Shown here piece after piece: positions 53,846-62,258 of a DNA stretch of 64,000 bases (positions are counted from its first letter, which is position 1; the number at the start of each line of letters is the position of its first letter). The notes under the pieces are model-generated. The model made no database searches, had not been told where the DNA came from, and saw only the letters and a program-made list of their open reading frames with translations. The stretch spans positions 192,001-256,000 of the forward strand of contig CAXXUA010000015.1 of NCBI GenBank assembly GCA_963663765.2, read 5' to 3'. The stretch is from Candidatus Poribacteria bacterium (lineage in GTDB: Bacteria; Poribacteria; WGA-4E; WGA-3G). The translations under genes were made by a program, and so were the position numbers.

Positions 53846-54661
53846 TTACCATAGATGTTTTAGGTTACCCCAAACAGTTACTAATTTGCCACGCGCTTCA
53901 ACAGGGGTAACATTAATGCCTGATGCTAAGCTTGTAATTTCTGCTTCGTCTAGTACCCTATTGTAGAGATGGACTTCGTCAATCAGACCGTTCCATGAGG
54001 CGTTGGCATCTTTGCCACCTTTTCCGATCACGAATTTTGTGGCATCGGTGATTTCACCTTCCACGCCATCGTTATTATCGGTTGGCTCATCAAGTTCACC
54101 ATTAATGAAGAGAGCGATTTGGTTGCCACTACTCCACGTTATAATAAGGTGTTGCCATTCTGTAGTTTGTACCCCGCTTGCACTTTCATACTGTTGTGGA
54201 CCACCGGTTGTATTAATGCCTACTTTGATAACGTTTGTACCGCCTCCAGTAAAACCAGCGGAATCATAGCGTAGCGTAAATACAACATCTCCTCCATCAG
54301 GATCAATGCCGTGGAAAATGCCTCTATCGGAGTTATCCGCTGCGGATTTTACCCAGACTGAGACTGAAAAAGCAGTAAGTCCATTGATGTAGTTTGCCCC
54401 ATTGCTATCTTCAGCGGAACTACCAGCGCTGCCATCAAGCTTCAAAGCACCACCAATTTTTCCACCGTTTGGTTCCCAACTAGCACTACCTGTAAGTGTT
54501 GCTTCGTTGCCATTTCCTAACACGTCAGAAGCAGTTGTTCCATCCGATTCATCAAATGACCAATAGACAAGTAAACCATCTTGTAAACTCGCTGCTGCAA
54601 CATAACTGAAAAAAAGCATAACGAAAAGTATGAAGAGTGGAAGTATAAACCATTTTTGCAT
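53846..54661 (-). CDS. Secreted LamG-like jellyroll protein (tandem paralog)
   Basis: Colinear similarity to 52732-53544; C-terminal VEARGKLVTVWGNLK. Confidence 0.9.
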   Translation of the reverse strand: MQKWFILPLFILFVMLFFSYVAAASLQDGLLVYWSFDESDGTTASDVLGNGNEATLTGSASWEPNGGKIGGALKLDGSAGSSAEDSNGANYINGLTAFSVSVWVKSAADNSDRGIFHGIDPDGGDVVFTLRYDSAGFTGGGTNVIKVGINTTGGPQQYESASGVQTTEWQHLIITWSSGNQIALFINGELDEPTDNNDGVEGEITDATKFVIGKGGKDANASWNGLIDEVHLYNRVLDEAEITSLASGINVTPVEARGKLVTVWGNLKHLW

Positions 54662-54828
54662 TTTATATTCTCCTTATTGCTCCAATGTACGGGAACTTTG
54701 ATACATACACTGAATGAAATAATTATATCAACTTAAGATGCTGCCTAACCAACAATTTTGGTTAGGCTCCTAAAAATTCTATATCGAGGCATATTGAAAA
54801 CTAAATTTCAATTAATTTTTCAACTGTA

Positions 54829-55052
54829 ACGAGTTGTGCTAAATAACTGTATGTTAATCAATGTTTCACATAAACATGACGTTGGCAGGTGTACTTCATA
54901 GTTTGTAACGATCTTCAGTCCCGTAGGGACGATATGTTTATAGAAAAACGTCATAGTACATCCTCTTTAGTCCCGTAGGGACGATATGTGTGCATTATAA
55001 ACCTAATATATGTAAAAACTTTGAAAACAATGAGCTAACTAGCACAAGTCGT
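54829..55052. mobile_element. ACGA(G/C)TTGTGC-family MITE
   Basis: TIRs acgagttgtgcta / tagcacaagtcgt; 7-bp TSD AACTGTA; two gtcccgtagggac REPs; close reverse complement of 62878-63102. Confidence 0.88.
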
Positions 55053-55067
55053 AACTGTAATATATGT

Positions 55068-55097
55068 ATTATATCATGTATTAACTTGTTCTGTCAA
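55068..55097 (-). promoter_or_regulatory. Sigma70 promoter upstream of the LamG genes
   Basis: Minus strand TTGACA-N18-TATAAT with TG extension. Confidence 0.6.
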
Positions 55098-55239
55098 AAT
55101 TGACTGAAATATAATCTAAGTTGAAATAAGTGGAGATGTTATCATTGATAATCCGAATACAATCTTGCACAAAACCTCTCTGGAAATTGTGCCTTTGTTG
55201 GTATCCTATATTTTGCATTTATAATCAGTGGCAGCGTAT

Positions 55240-56706
55240 TTAGTCGCTATCGCCTAATTCTGTTTGGATATTTTGAAACTTTTCCAATGCAGTCTGTAAA
55301 TTCTGTGTGATTTCTGCGGCTAATATATCAGGCGTTGGAAGGTTTGCTATATTCTCAAGTGAATCCTCTTTTAACCAGAAGATATCAAGGTTAGCGTGTT
55401 CGCGTTTTGTAAGTTCCTCGTAACTGAATGCTCGAAAACGTTCCGTTTCAACCCGTTTGTACCTGTTCTCTGGATTATAGACATTTACGAAATCCTGTAT
55501 ATCACTGTCGCGTAAAGGATTTGTTTTGAGTGTGAAACGTTTGTTTGTCCGTAGGTCATAGATCCAGAGTTTCTGTGTCCACGGTTCCTGATGTGCATGA
55601 CGTTTGTCAAAAAAGAGGACGTTTGCTTTTACACCTTGCGCATAGAAGATACCAGTAGGCAATCGTAATAGTGTATGGACATCAAATTGTTTTAGTAATT
55701 GCCTGCGAATTGTTTCTCCTGCACCCCGTTCAAAGAGGACATTATCGGGGAGTACTACAGCAGCACGACCGTCTTCCTTTAAAATCGTTTTGATGTGCTG
55801 TAGGAAGTTAAACTGTTTATTTGAAGTTGTTGCCCAAAAATCGTCGCGTTCATAGGTATGTGATGCCTTGCTACGTTTTTCACCGTCGGTGGTGATTGTA
55901 ACACTACTCTTGTTCCCAAATGGAGGATTAGTCAGCACCATATCGTAACGTTTACTTGGATCTTTGCCAAGACTATCGTTGGTTGTGATAGGACTCTCTG
56001 CACCATCAATTCCGTGTAGGTATAGATTCATCACACAGAGACGGACAACGTTATCAACGATGTCTGTTCCAGCAAAAGTCTGAAATCTGAGGAACTTCTT
56101 CTGTTCATGGGTTAATGTGGGGCGATATGTTTCTGAAATATACTCATAAGCAGCGAGAAAGAAACCACCTGTACCGCACGCTGGATCACAGATCGTTTTC
56201 ATTGGTTTCGGTTGCATCACTGCTACGATTGCTTTGATAAGTGGACGAGGTGTGAAATACTGCCCTGCACCGCTTTTGGTATCTTCAGCGTTTTTCTGTA
56301 AAAGTCCCTCGTAAATTGTGCCTTTGACATCAGCTGCCATCCCGCTCCAGTTTTCTGCATCAATGAGCTTGATAAGCCGTTGAAGGTGAGCGGGAGTCTG
56401 TATGCGATTTTGTGATTTTCGGAAAATAACACCAAGCAACCCTTTCTCATTACTCAATTCGCGGAGAATTTTGACATATTGATTCTCTAACTCGGCACCG
56501 CTCTCTTTGAGTAGACTTTCCCAATCCAAACCAGCAGGTATTTTAGACGAACTGTTAGTAGGTAGTTTACGTTGTTCGTCAGCGAGTTTGAGAAAAAGCA
56601 GATACGTGAGTTGTTCTACGTAATCTCCGTAACTGACCCCGTCATCTCGGAGAACATTGCAGAAATTCCATAGTTTTTGAACAATTGTTGCTGATTCGTT
56701 TGGCAT
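55240..56706 (-). CDS. hsdM: Type I restriction-modification N6-adenine methyltransferase
   Basis: IVQKLWNFCNVLRDDG, GQYFTPR, DPACGTGGF, NPPF, LRLPTGIFYAQGVKANV. Confidence 0.95.
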   Translation of the reverse strand: MPNESATIVQKLWNFCNVLRDDGVSYGDYVEQLTYLLFLKLADEQRKLPTNSSSKIPAGLDWESLLKESGAELENQYVKILRELSNEKGLLGVIFRKSQNRIQTPAHLQRLIKLIDAENWSGMAADVKGTIYEGLLQKNAEDTKSGAGQYFTPRPLIKAIVAVMQPKPMKTICDPACGTGGFFLAAYEYISETYRPTLTHEQKKFLRFQTFAGTDIVDNVVRLCVMNLYLHGIDGAESPITTNDSLGKDPSKRYDMVLTNPPFGNKSSVTITTDGEKRSKASHTYERDDFWATTSNKQFNFLQHIKTILKEDGRAAVVLPDNVLFERGAGETIRRQLLKQFDVHTLLRLPTGIFYAQGVKANVLFFDKRHAHQEPWTQKLWIYDLRTNKRFTLKTNPLRDSDIQDFVNVYNPENRYKRVETERFRAFSYEELTKREHANLDIFWLKEDSLENIANLPTPDILAAEITQNLQTALEKFQNIQTELGDSD

Positions 56707-56714
56707 CTTTGTGA

Positions 56715-57203
56715 TTACTCTCTTTCTGCTGTGAGTGTTTGGTGATAAAGTTTATCACTAATTCGCGTTCCATGGAAGCGAAGATCATCAAGTATTGGTT
56801 TGATTGCTGGAATGACACGCCGCGCTTTCGCGACACGTAGAACACCAACTGTTCCAATCACAGATAAGCCTTTTGCGATTGCTACTTGTCTTGCCACGCG
56901 GTCATCAATAATGACTCTTTCTGCGCCAATTTCTTGAGCAAGCACAATAGCACCGCACTCGCCTAAATCAATCAGTGTTCGGTTGTGAAGTATTAAGACT
57001 TGATCTTTATCTGTTACCGGTTGGCAGATGATCCAATCTGCCGATGCTACCTCCGCCGCACCGGGCTTTCCAACTCCATTAACAACGACTTCAGTATAAA
57101 CTTCCTCTGGAATGTAGATTGAACGGTATACTTCCCGCAGTAGTTCTAACCGATTGATTTTGGAGAGTGCTATCAACGGTGTGCTATTCGTAACTACCTT
57201 CAT
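56715..57203 (-). CDS. PIN-like DUF3368 family protein (putative toxin)
   Basis: VVTNSTPLIAL, IPEEVYTE, DLGECGAIVLA, IIDDR, VIGTVGVL. Confidence 0.85.
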   Translation of the reverse strand: MKVVTNSTPLIALSKINRLELLREVYRSIYIPEEVYTEVVVNGVGKPGAAEVASADWIICQPVTDKDQVLILHNRTLIDLGECGAIVLAQEIGAERVIIDDRVARQVAIAKGLSVIGTVGVLRVAKARRVIPAIKPILDDLRFHGTRISDKLYHQTLTAERE

Positions 57204-57490
57204 GATTCAGATTCATCAAAATCTTTTAACGCGTTTTTAACTTCAGCGTCTAACGTTTCTTCCGTAAGACTGTCGTCAAAAGGGGAGATTCCGGCTTCAT
57301 ACATCAGCTCCGAGAGATCCCATCTTGAAATGTTTAGCAGCCCTGCCGCTCTACCAGCACTGATGTCACCTTGACGCAAAAGTTCAAGCACAAAAGCTTC
57401 TCGCGCCTTGCACTCAGCATCAATTTTGTGCTGCAGTAAGACCTCATCAAGCGGTAATGTAAATCGGACTTCAACTTCTGTTTTTGCCAT
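57200..57490 (-). CDS. UPF0175 family protein (putative antitoxin)
   Basis: LELLRQGDISAGRAAGLLNISR; ATGA overlap with the DUF3368 gene. Confidence 0.85.
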   Translation of the reverse strand: MAKTEVEVRFTLPLDEVLLQHKIDAECKAREAFVLELLRQGDISAGRAAGLLNISRWDLSELMYEAGISPFDDSLTEETLDAEVKNALKDFDESES

Positions 57491-57681
57491 GTGGGCACCT
57501 CAGTTGTTTCTAAATTTCTATAAGAAATCGTTTATCAAATGCTTTTTTCAGAATATCAAATGCTTTTTTCAGAAATTCGGATTTCGTCTAATTCGCGCTG
57601 TACCTGTTTCTGAAACAGCACTTTGTCTTCAGCTCCTCATGTGTCTTCCAATCTGCAATCACCTATTAAAATATGCATATC

Positions 57682-57954
57682 CTATATCTTGTCACGCTTT
57701 TCCATATTACATGGACGACACAGCAAAATCATATTATTCCATACAGTTAATCCACCTTGAGAGTAAGGTTTAATATGATCAGCCTCAAGCTGCTGAAAAC
57801 CTGCTACTCCTGCGAAACCCTTATTGCAATTTGGGCATACATATCCGCCACGACTATCATTGAAGTTTCTGCGAAAATAGGATTCTTTCCAGATACTCGG
57901 AAAATACCGATTACGCGGATCCCTTGTAGGAAGATTAGATGGCTGTGAACTCAA
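57682..57954 (-). CDS. HNH endonuclease
   Basis: CPNC...EADHIKPYSQGG.T...N...LCRPCN; ATGA-coupled to the upstream gene. Confidence 0.88.
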   Translation of the reverse strand: MSSQPSNLPTRDPRNRYFPSIWKESYFRRNFNDSRGGYVCPNCNKGFAGVAGFQQLEADHIKPYSQGGLTVWNNMILLCRPCNMEKRDKI

Positions 57955-59194
57955 TATGGGTGTTTCTCCACAATACTTGACAAGAGAACTTTTGCTATAT
58001 TACATTGAGCATTCTGTCCTCGTGTACCTTTCCATCTACCTCTCGCTTCTGGATATCCTTCTTTTTCACCAAGCCATTTAGCTCCTGCCCTACGTGGAGA
58101 GCGTATAAACTCACTTATCGCATCCCATGCATCATGACTCAACTTATTCACATCAAGATCCAATTCAACCGCAGCACCGATCAACAATGCTGTTTGCTTA
58201 TATTTATCAACACTCGCCCCTGGCATGCCGCGTCCAAGTATTGCTTCTATCCAAATTGCAAAATTCTGAAAATCCTTTTCAAGACCATTTCCGTATGTTG
58301 GGAAAATTGGTTCTCAATTTTGTGTATCAGTAAATTGTAGTTGTGCACAAAATGTATCAAGTGCTTGTTCTGTTGACCCATTATAGGTCATCGTAAGATG
58401 CTTCATTGTGTCTTGATTTGATATGAGCGTGTCCAACCTTTCTCTATGCGAAAACACAAGGTACCATAAAAACATTGCTGATGGCGTTTGTCCTTTTGCT
58501 TGTGCTTTTCCATCCCACCACTCAGACCAATATTGACAGGCAACTGGGTACTGAGCCCAAGGATTTTCAACTCCCTTCTTTTGAGCAGCTGCTATCATTC
58601 GTTGCGAAGAAGATGTATTTGAATAGATGCCTGCAAGTCGGACAAAATAAACTGACTTAGACTCACTGTAATATGAAAGTCGTATATCTTGTGCTGTTAG
58701 AGGCGTGCCTCCTTCGTTGATACGCCGGAATATTTCAAGTTTTGTGCCAAGATCAAGACGGGGAGGTAGATAGATAATTGTGAGAGGATAGTCATTAAAC
58801 ACTCTTTTAAATTTTTCATCCAGGTCTGAATACTTTTTCCCACTATAGTGTACACTTTGAGGAGAAAGATAATTAATGTCATCAGCTGCTTCTAAACAAA
58901 ACACGTTGCTCTCATACTTTCGAATCGTATTCAATCGCTGCTGACCATCAATGACTTCAATTGATCCGGTATCTTATCTTCTAAAAAAAAGAGTGCTGGT
59001 GTAGTCAAATTATTTAACAACGATTCAATAAAAAGAGATTCTTTGCGACGATCCCACTGCTCTGCATCTCGTTGATAGTCAGGGATAACAATCCTTTCAT
59101 TTTTCAAACGACTAATGATTGTTTCCACGTTTTCACTTTGCGTGCGAGTCGGGTCGCTAACGATTGGTCCAATGTCTATGTTTTCTTTAGTCAT
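57951..59194 (-). pseudogene. DUF262 (GmrS/ParB-like) protein broken by a frameshift and an in-frame TGA
   Basis: PDYQR, FIESLL, IEVIDGQQRL (after restoring 1 nt near 58975), IFRRINEGGTPL; TGA at 58314-58316 is in frame with ORF 57951-58226. Confidence 0.82.
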
Positions 59195-59291
59195 ATTTAT
59201 ATCCATCACAAATTCAATATACAAACAGTTGACTATATGTCACGATTGTTGTTACATCTCTCAACACTTCGTAGTTGAGGTTACTAATATA

Positions 59292-59882
59292 ACGACTTGT
59301 GCCAGTTAACTAAATGTTTATACTAAATTCACATATATTGGGTATGGTATATAAACATTTCGTCCCTACGGGACTAAAGATCATCCAAAGCAAAAGAAGG
59401 ACGGTTAAATCCTCTTGTCTATGTGAAGTAAATTTTAATAAATAGCAGGACTTACGCACACAACGGTAGGCGTGCTTTGTAAGCGCGCCGGAAACCCATA
59501 AAAACGCTGGTAAAGGCATCATTTTCGCCATAATTTATGATTAAATCAAGAAAACTGCGTAAGTCCTGAATAGTTATTTAGCACAAGTCGCTACTTTCAG
59601 GCAATTGGTAATTTTTTCTGTACACGAAACTTGTCTATGACTGGGTTTTTCCGAAGAAAAAATTACCAATTTTACCAATTAGTAACTTAACGTAAATTGA
59701 GCAATATCCTGATTTGTGCCAGTTAACTAAATTTTTATACTAAATTCACATATGTTGGGAATGATATATAAACATTTCGTCCCTACAGGACTGAAGATCG
59801 TTTCAACCTATGAGGGACACCTGCAAAACGTTATGCTTATGTGAAACAATGGTTTACATAAAGTCATATAGCACAACTCGTT
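59292..59882. mobile_element. Two adjacent ACGACTTGTGC-family MITEs, the first containing CAGGACTTACGCA MITE copy 4 (59446-59568, TSD AATAG)
   Basis: acgacttgtgccagttaact ... gcacaagtcg (59292-59590) and gatttgtgccagttaact ... gcacaactcgt (about 59711-59882). Confidence 0.78.
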
Positions 59883-59944
59883 ATATAGGTAATAGTCAAA
59901 AAAATCAAAATCTATTTCCAAACAATATAAAATAATGAACCGAG

Positions 59945-60402
59945 TCAACTTTTCATCTGGCGGAACAGCCATGCCGAGTCCTTGTATAGAGGACATAAGG
60001 TATTTAACATTGGAAGGAAACGGAAAAGCTCAACTAAATCAGTTAATTTACAAGTGCCTTTATCTTTTTGTCCGTTTCCTAAAGATGTTCCATAAATAAC
60101 TTTGTTGTCTCCATATACACTTATTGTACCGATTCCTTTAACGTGCTGTGATCGCCATTCAAGTCCAATTCCACCATCTGCTAACCAACCGAAATCTGGC
60201 ATAGGTACATTGTTATAAAAAAGTTTCTCTAATAAGTATCATCATAAGCAGAATCTGGCACAGGATCAATTTCATTGTCCAAGGCATAAGCGTTCTCAGC
60301 TTCTTGTCGGATTTCGTCGAATTCGCGCTGCACCTGTTTGCAAAACAGCACTTTGTCTGTTGGCGGTAACGGGAGAGCATGTTCCTTTTGTCCGGTTTCC
60401 AT
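59945..60402 (-). pseudogene. Frameshifted paralog of 60995-61408
   Basis: METGQKEHALPLPPTDKVLFCKQVQREFDEIRQ..AYDD, frameshift near 60237, then LLEKLFYNNVPMPDFGWLADGGIGLEW. Confidence 0.75.
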
Positions 60403-60436
60403 ATTATTGTACCTTTATGAATGTTAAGAAAAAGAG

Positions 60437-60980
60437 TTATTCTGTTGGTATTAGCACTAATTTACTGGCATGAGCAAGCTTAGTTGCGATGGATCTTCGC
60501 GCTTTTCTGTCTGTAGGACTTTTCTCTACCGGAAAAGGTGTTATGTTCGCGTGCCTTTGAGGCGGTTCATCTGGTACAACTTCAAGACTATTCTCATAAA
60601 CAACGGCAGCGGAAAGATCAACTCTTGCCTTTATTGGTCTTTCTGCTGTTTGAACATATTCCCGTCCAATTTCCCATATCTCATTTTTTGAAAGTTCTTC
60701 ACTGTCATTGAGTCCCGAAATGCGAAACACGGATATATCAATACGTAAGGACTTACGCAAAAACTGTAGGCGTGCTTTGTAAGCGCGCCGGAAACCCATA
60801 AAAACGCTGATAATTGCATCATTTTCATCATAATTCTTGATTAAATCAAGAAAACTGCGTAAGTCCTGTACGTTTTCTATGTGGAAGAAAAACGTCGGGC
60901 TTAACTCTATTAGTTACAACTGAAAAATGACTACTATAGCGAATAAAACGGGTGAGTGTCTCACCCGGTGAAACATTCAT
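60437..60980 (-). pseudogene. Small possibly ART-like protein gene interrupted by a MITE
   Basis: Removing 60747-60868 plus one TACGT gives MNVSPGETLTRFIRYSSHFSVVTNRVKPDVFLPHRKRIDISVFRISGL...VVPDEPPQRHANI... Confidence 0.75.
60747..60868. mobile_element. CAGGACTTACGCA-family MITE, copy 5
   Basis: TIRs (first base C to A), 5-bp TSD TACGT. Confidence 0.9.
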
Positions 60981-60994
60981 AACAACAATCCTTA

Positions 60995-61408
60995 TTAGAG
61001 GATATTTGTTAATGTTGTGAGAAAACCTGACAACACTGGAGTATCTGATAGTTCACAGATGCCTTCCAATTGACGTTTTTCTTCAAAGTAGGCATTATAG
61101 ATGACAAGATTGTCACCATATACCCCCATTGTTACCGTACCTTCATCTAGGTGCCATCCAATACTAAGACTACCATCTTCTGCCCAACTAATATCGGGCA
61201 TGGGAATCTTGTAATTACAAAGGAACTCTATCAAAACAGACGCATCATTGTATGCTGAAGTCGGGATTAGGTCAATCTCGTTATCCAAGGCATAAGCGTT
61301 TTCAGTTTCTTGTCGAATTTCGTCTAATTCGCGCTGCACCTGTTTGCGAAACAGCACTTTGTCTGTTGGCGGTAACGGGAGAGCATGTTCCTTTTGTACA
61401 GTTTCCAT
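60995..61408 (-). CDS. Acidic hypothetical protein with P.ISWAEDGSLSIGW motif
   Basis: Intact ORF with RBS AGGTG, immediately upstream of the MITE-interrupted gene. Confidence 0.75.
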   Translation of the reverse strand: METVQKEHALPLPPTDKVLFRKQVQRELDEIRQETENAYALDNEIDLIPTSAYNDASVLIEFLCNYKIPMPDISWAEDGSLSIGWHLDEGTVTMGVYGDNLVIYNAYFEEKRQLEGICELSDTPVLSGFLTTLTNIL

Positions 61409-61436
61409 AATATTTCACCTATCTAAAATGATTACA

Positions 61437-61676
61437 TTATTTCAAGAGACGTACAAATCCTGCTTGTTCAAAGTGGTGATCTGTTGTCAAAGCTTCAGTT
61501 ATGTCACGCTCTTCCATCGCACCAAAACTAACAGCGTCAACGAGACTCCACTGTTTATCTAATCGATTTGCAAGAAACTGCCATGCTTTCTCGTCCAATG
61601 ATTCGTTTATGTGGACAATTTCAACCCAGTCAAAGGCATTCGCCCACCCGGATGTATCAACGAAAACCTCATTCAT
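61437..61676 (-). pseudogene. VapC/PIN toxin with internal in-frame deletion
   Basis: VFVDTSGW, SLVDAVSF and ALTTDHHFEQAGF present but only 79 aa; the central segment with the second acidic residue is missing. Confidence 0.75.
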
Positions 61677-62112
61677 CCTCATCTCCCCATAATTCTGCTA
61701 ATAACGCGTCACCAATATAGTCATCGTGACGTTCACCGATATCTGTGACATCACATTCCAACGTTCCCAGCAAGGCGATGAGCGGATCCGGGTGATCTTC
61801 GTAAGGTCCTTTAACCACGCGTGTCTTTGGACGAACTGGATTCTTGAGACGGTATTTTATTTCTGTGACATCTAAATCCAGCGTACCTGCTAATGCAAGA
61901 AGTGGATCAGTTTCTTGTGTTTCTTCAACTCTATCTACCACATCTTGTTTTTCGTCTTCAGATTCTCGTGTGTCTTCAAACTTACCATGCATTGATGACA
62001 CTTGTTGCTGTAAATCGTCAATAACATCAAGCTTTTTATTTATATCCCGCATCCACTGTTCTGACTTAGTGATAAATGTTAAGATATGTTTTTGGAATTC
62101 CTGATCGTTCAT
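61669..62112 (-). CDS. Putative antitoxin with duplicated DPLxALxGTLxxDVT motif
   Basis: DPLLALAGTLDLDVT and DPLIALLGTLECDVTDIGERHDDY; stop overlaps the vapC start. Confidence 0.7.
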   Translation of the reverse strand: MNDQEFQKHILTFITKSEQWMRDINKKLDVIDDLQQQVSSMHGKFEDTRESEDEKQDVVDRVEETQETDPLLALAGTLDLDVTEIKYRLKNPVRPKTRVVKGPYEDHPDPLIALLGTLECDVTDIGERHDDYIGDALLAELWGDEDE

Positions 62113-62258
62113 CAGATTCTCTTTTAGATTTCGGGCAATGGATAACTTCCTTACGCGCAGATTGTAACTAAGCAATCTACTATTTTACATATCGAGATTT
62201 TAGCATAAATCCGCATTAAATACAACACGAATTCTCCGACCTTGATGAAAGATGCCCT

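Noticed and set aside
58314-58316. Selenocysteine or recoded TGA
   Set aside because: No redox motif context or evident SECIS; TGA is a normal stop in many genes here and the same gene has a second lesion.
60437-60799. ORF starting MGFRRAYKARLQ as a real gene start
   Set aside because: The first codons come from the inserted MITE; the native start is at 60980.
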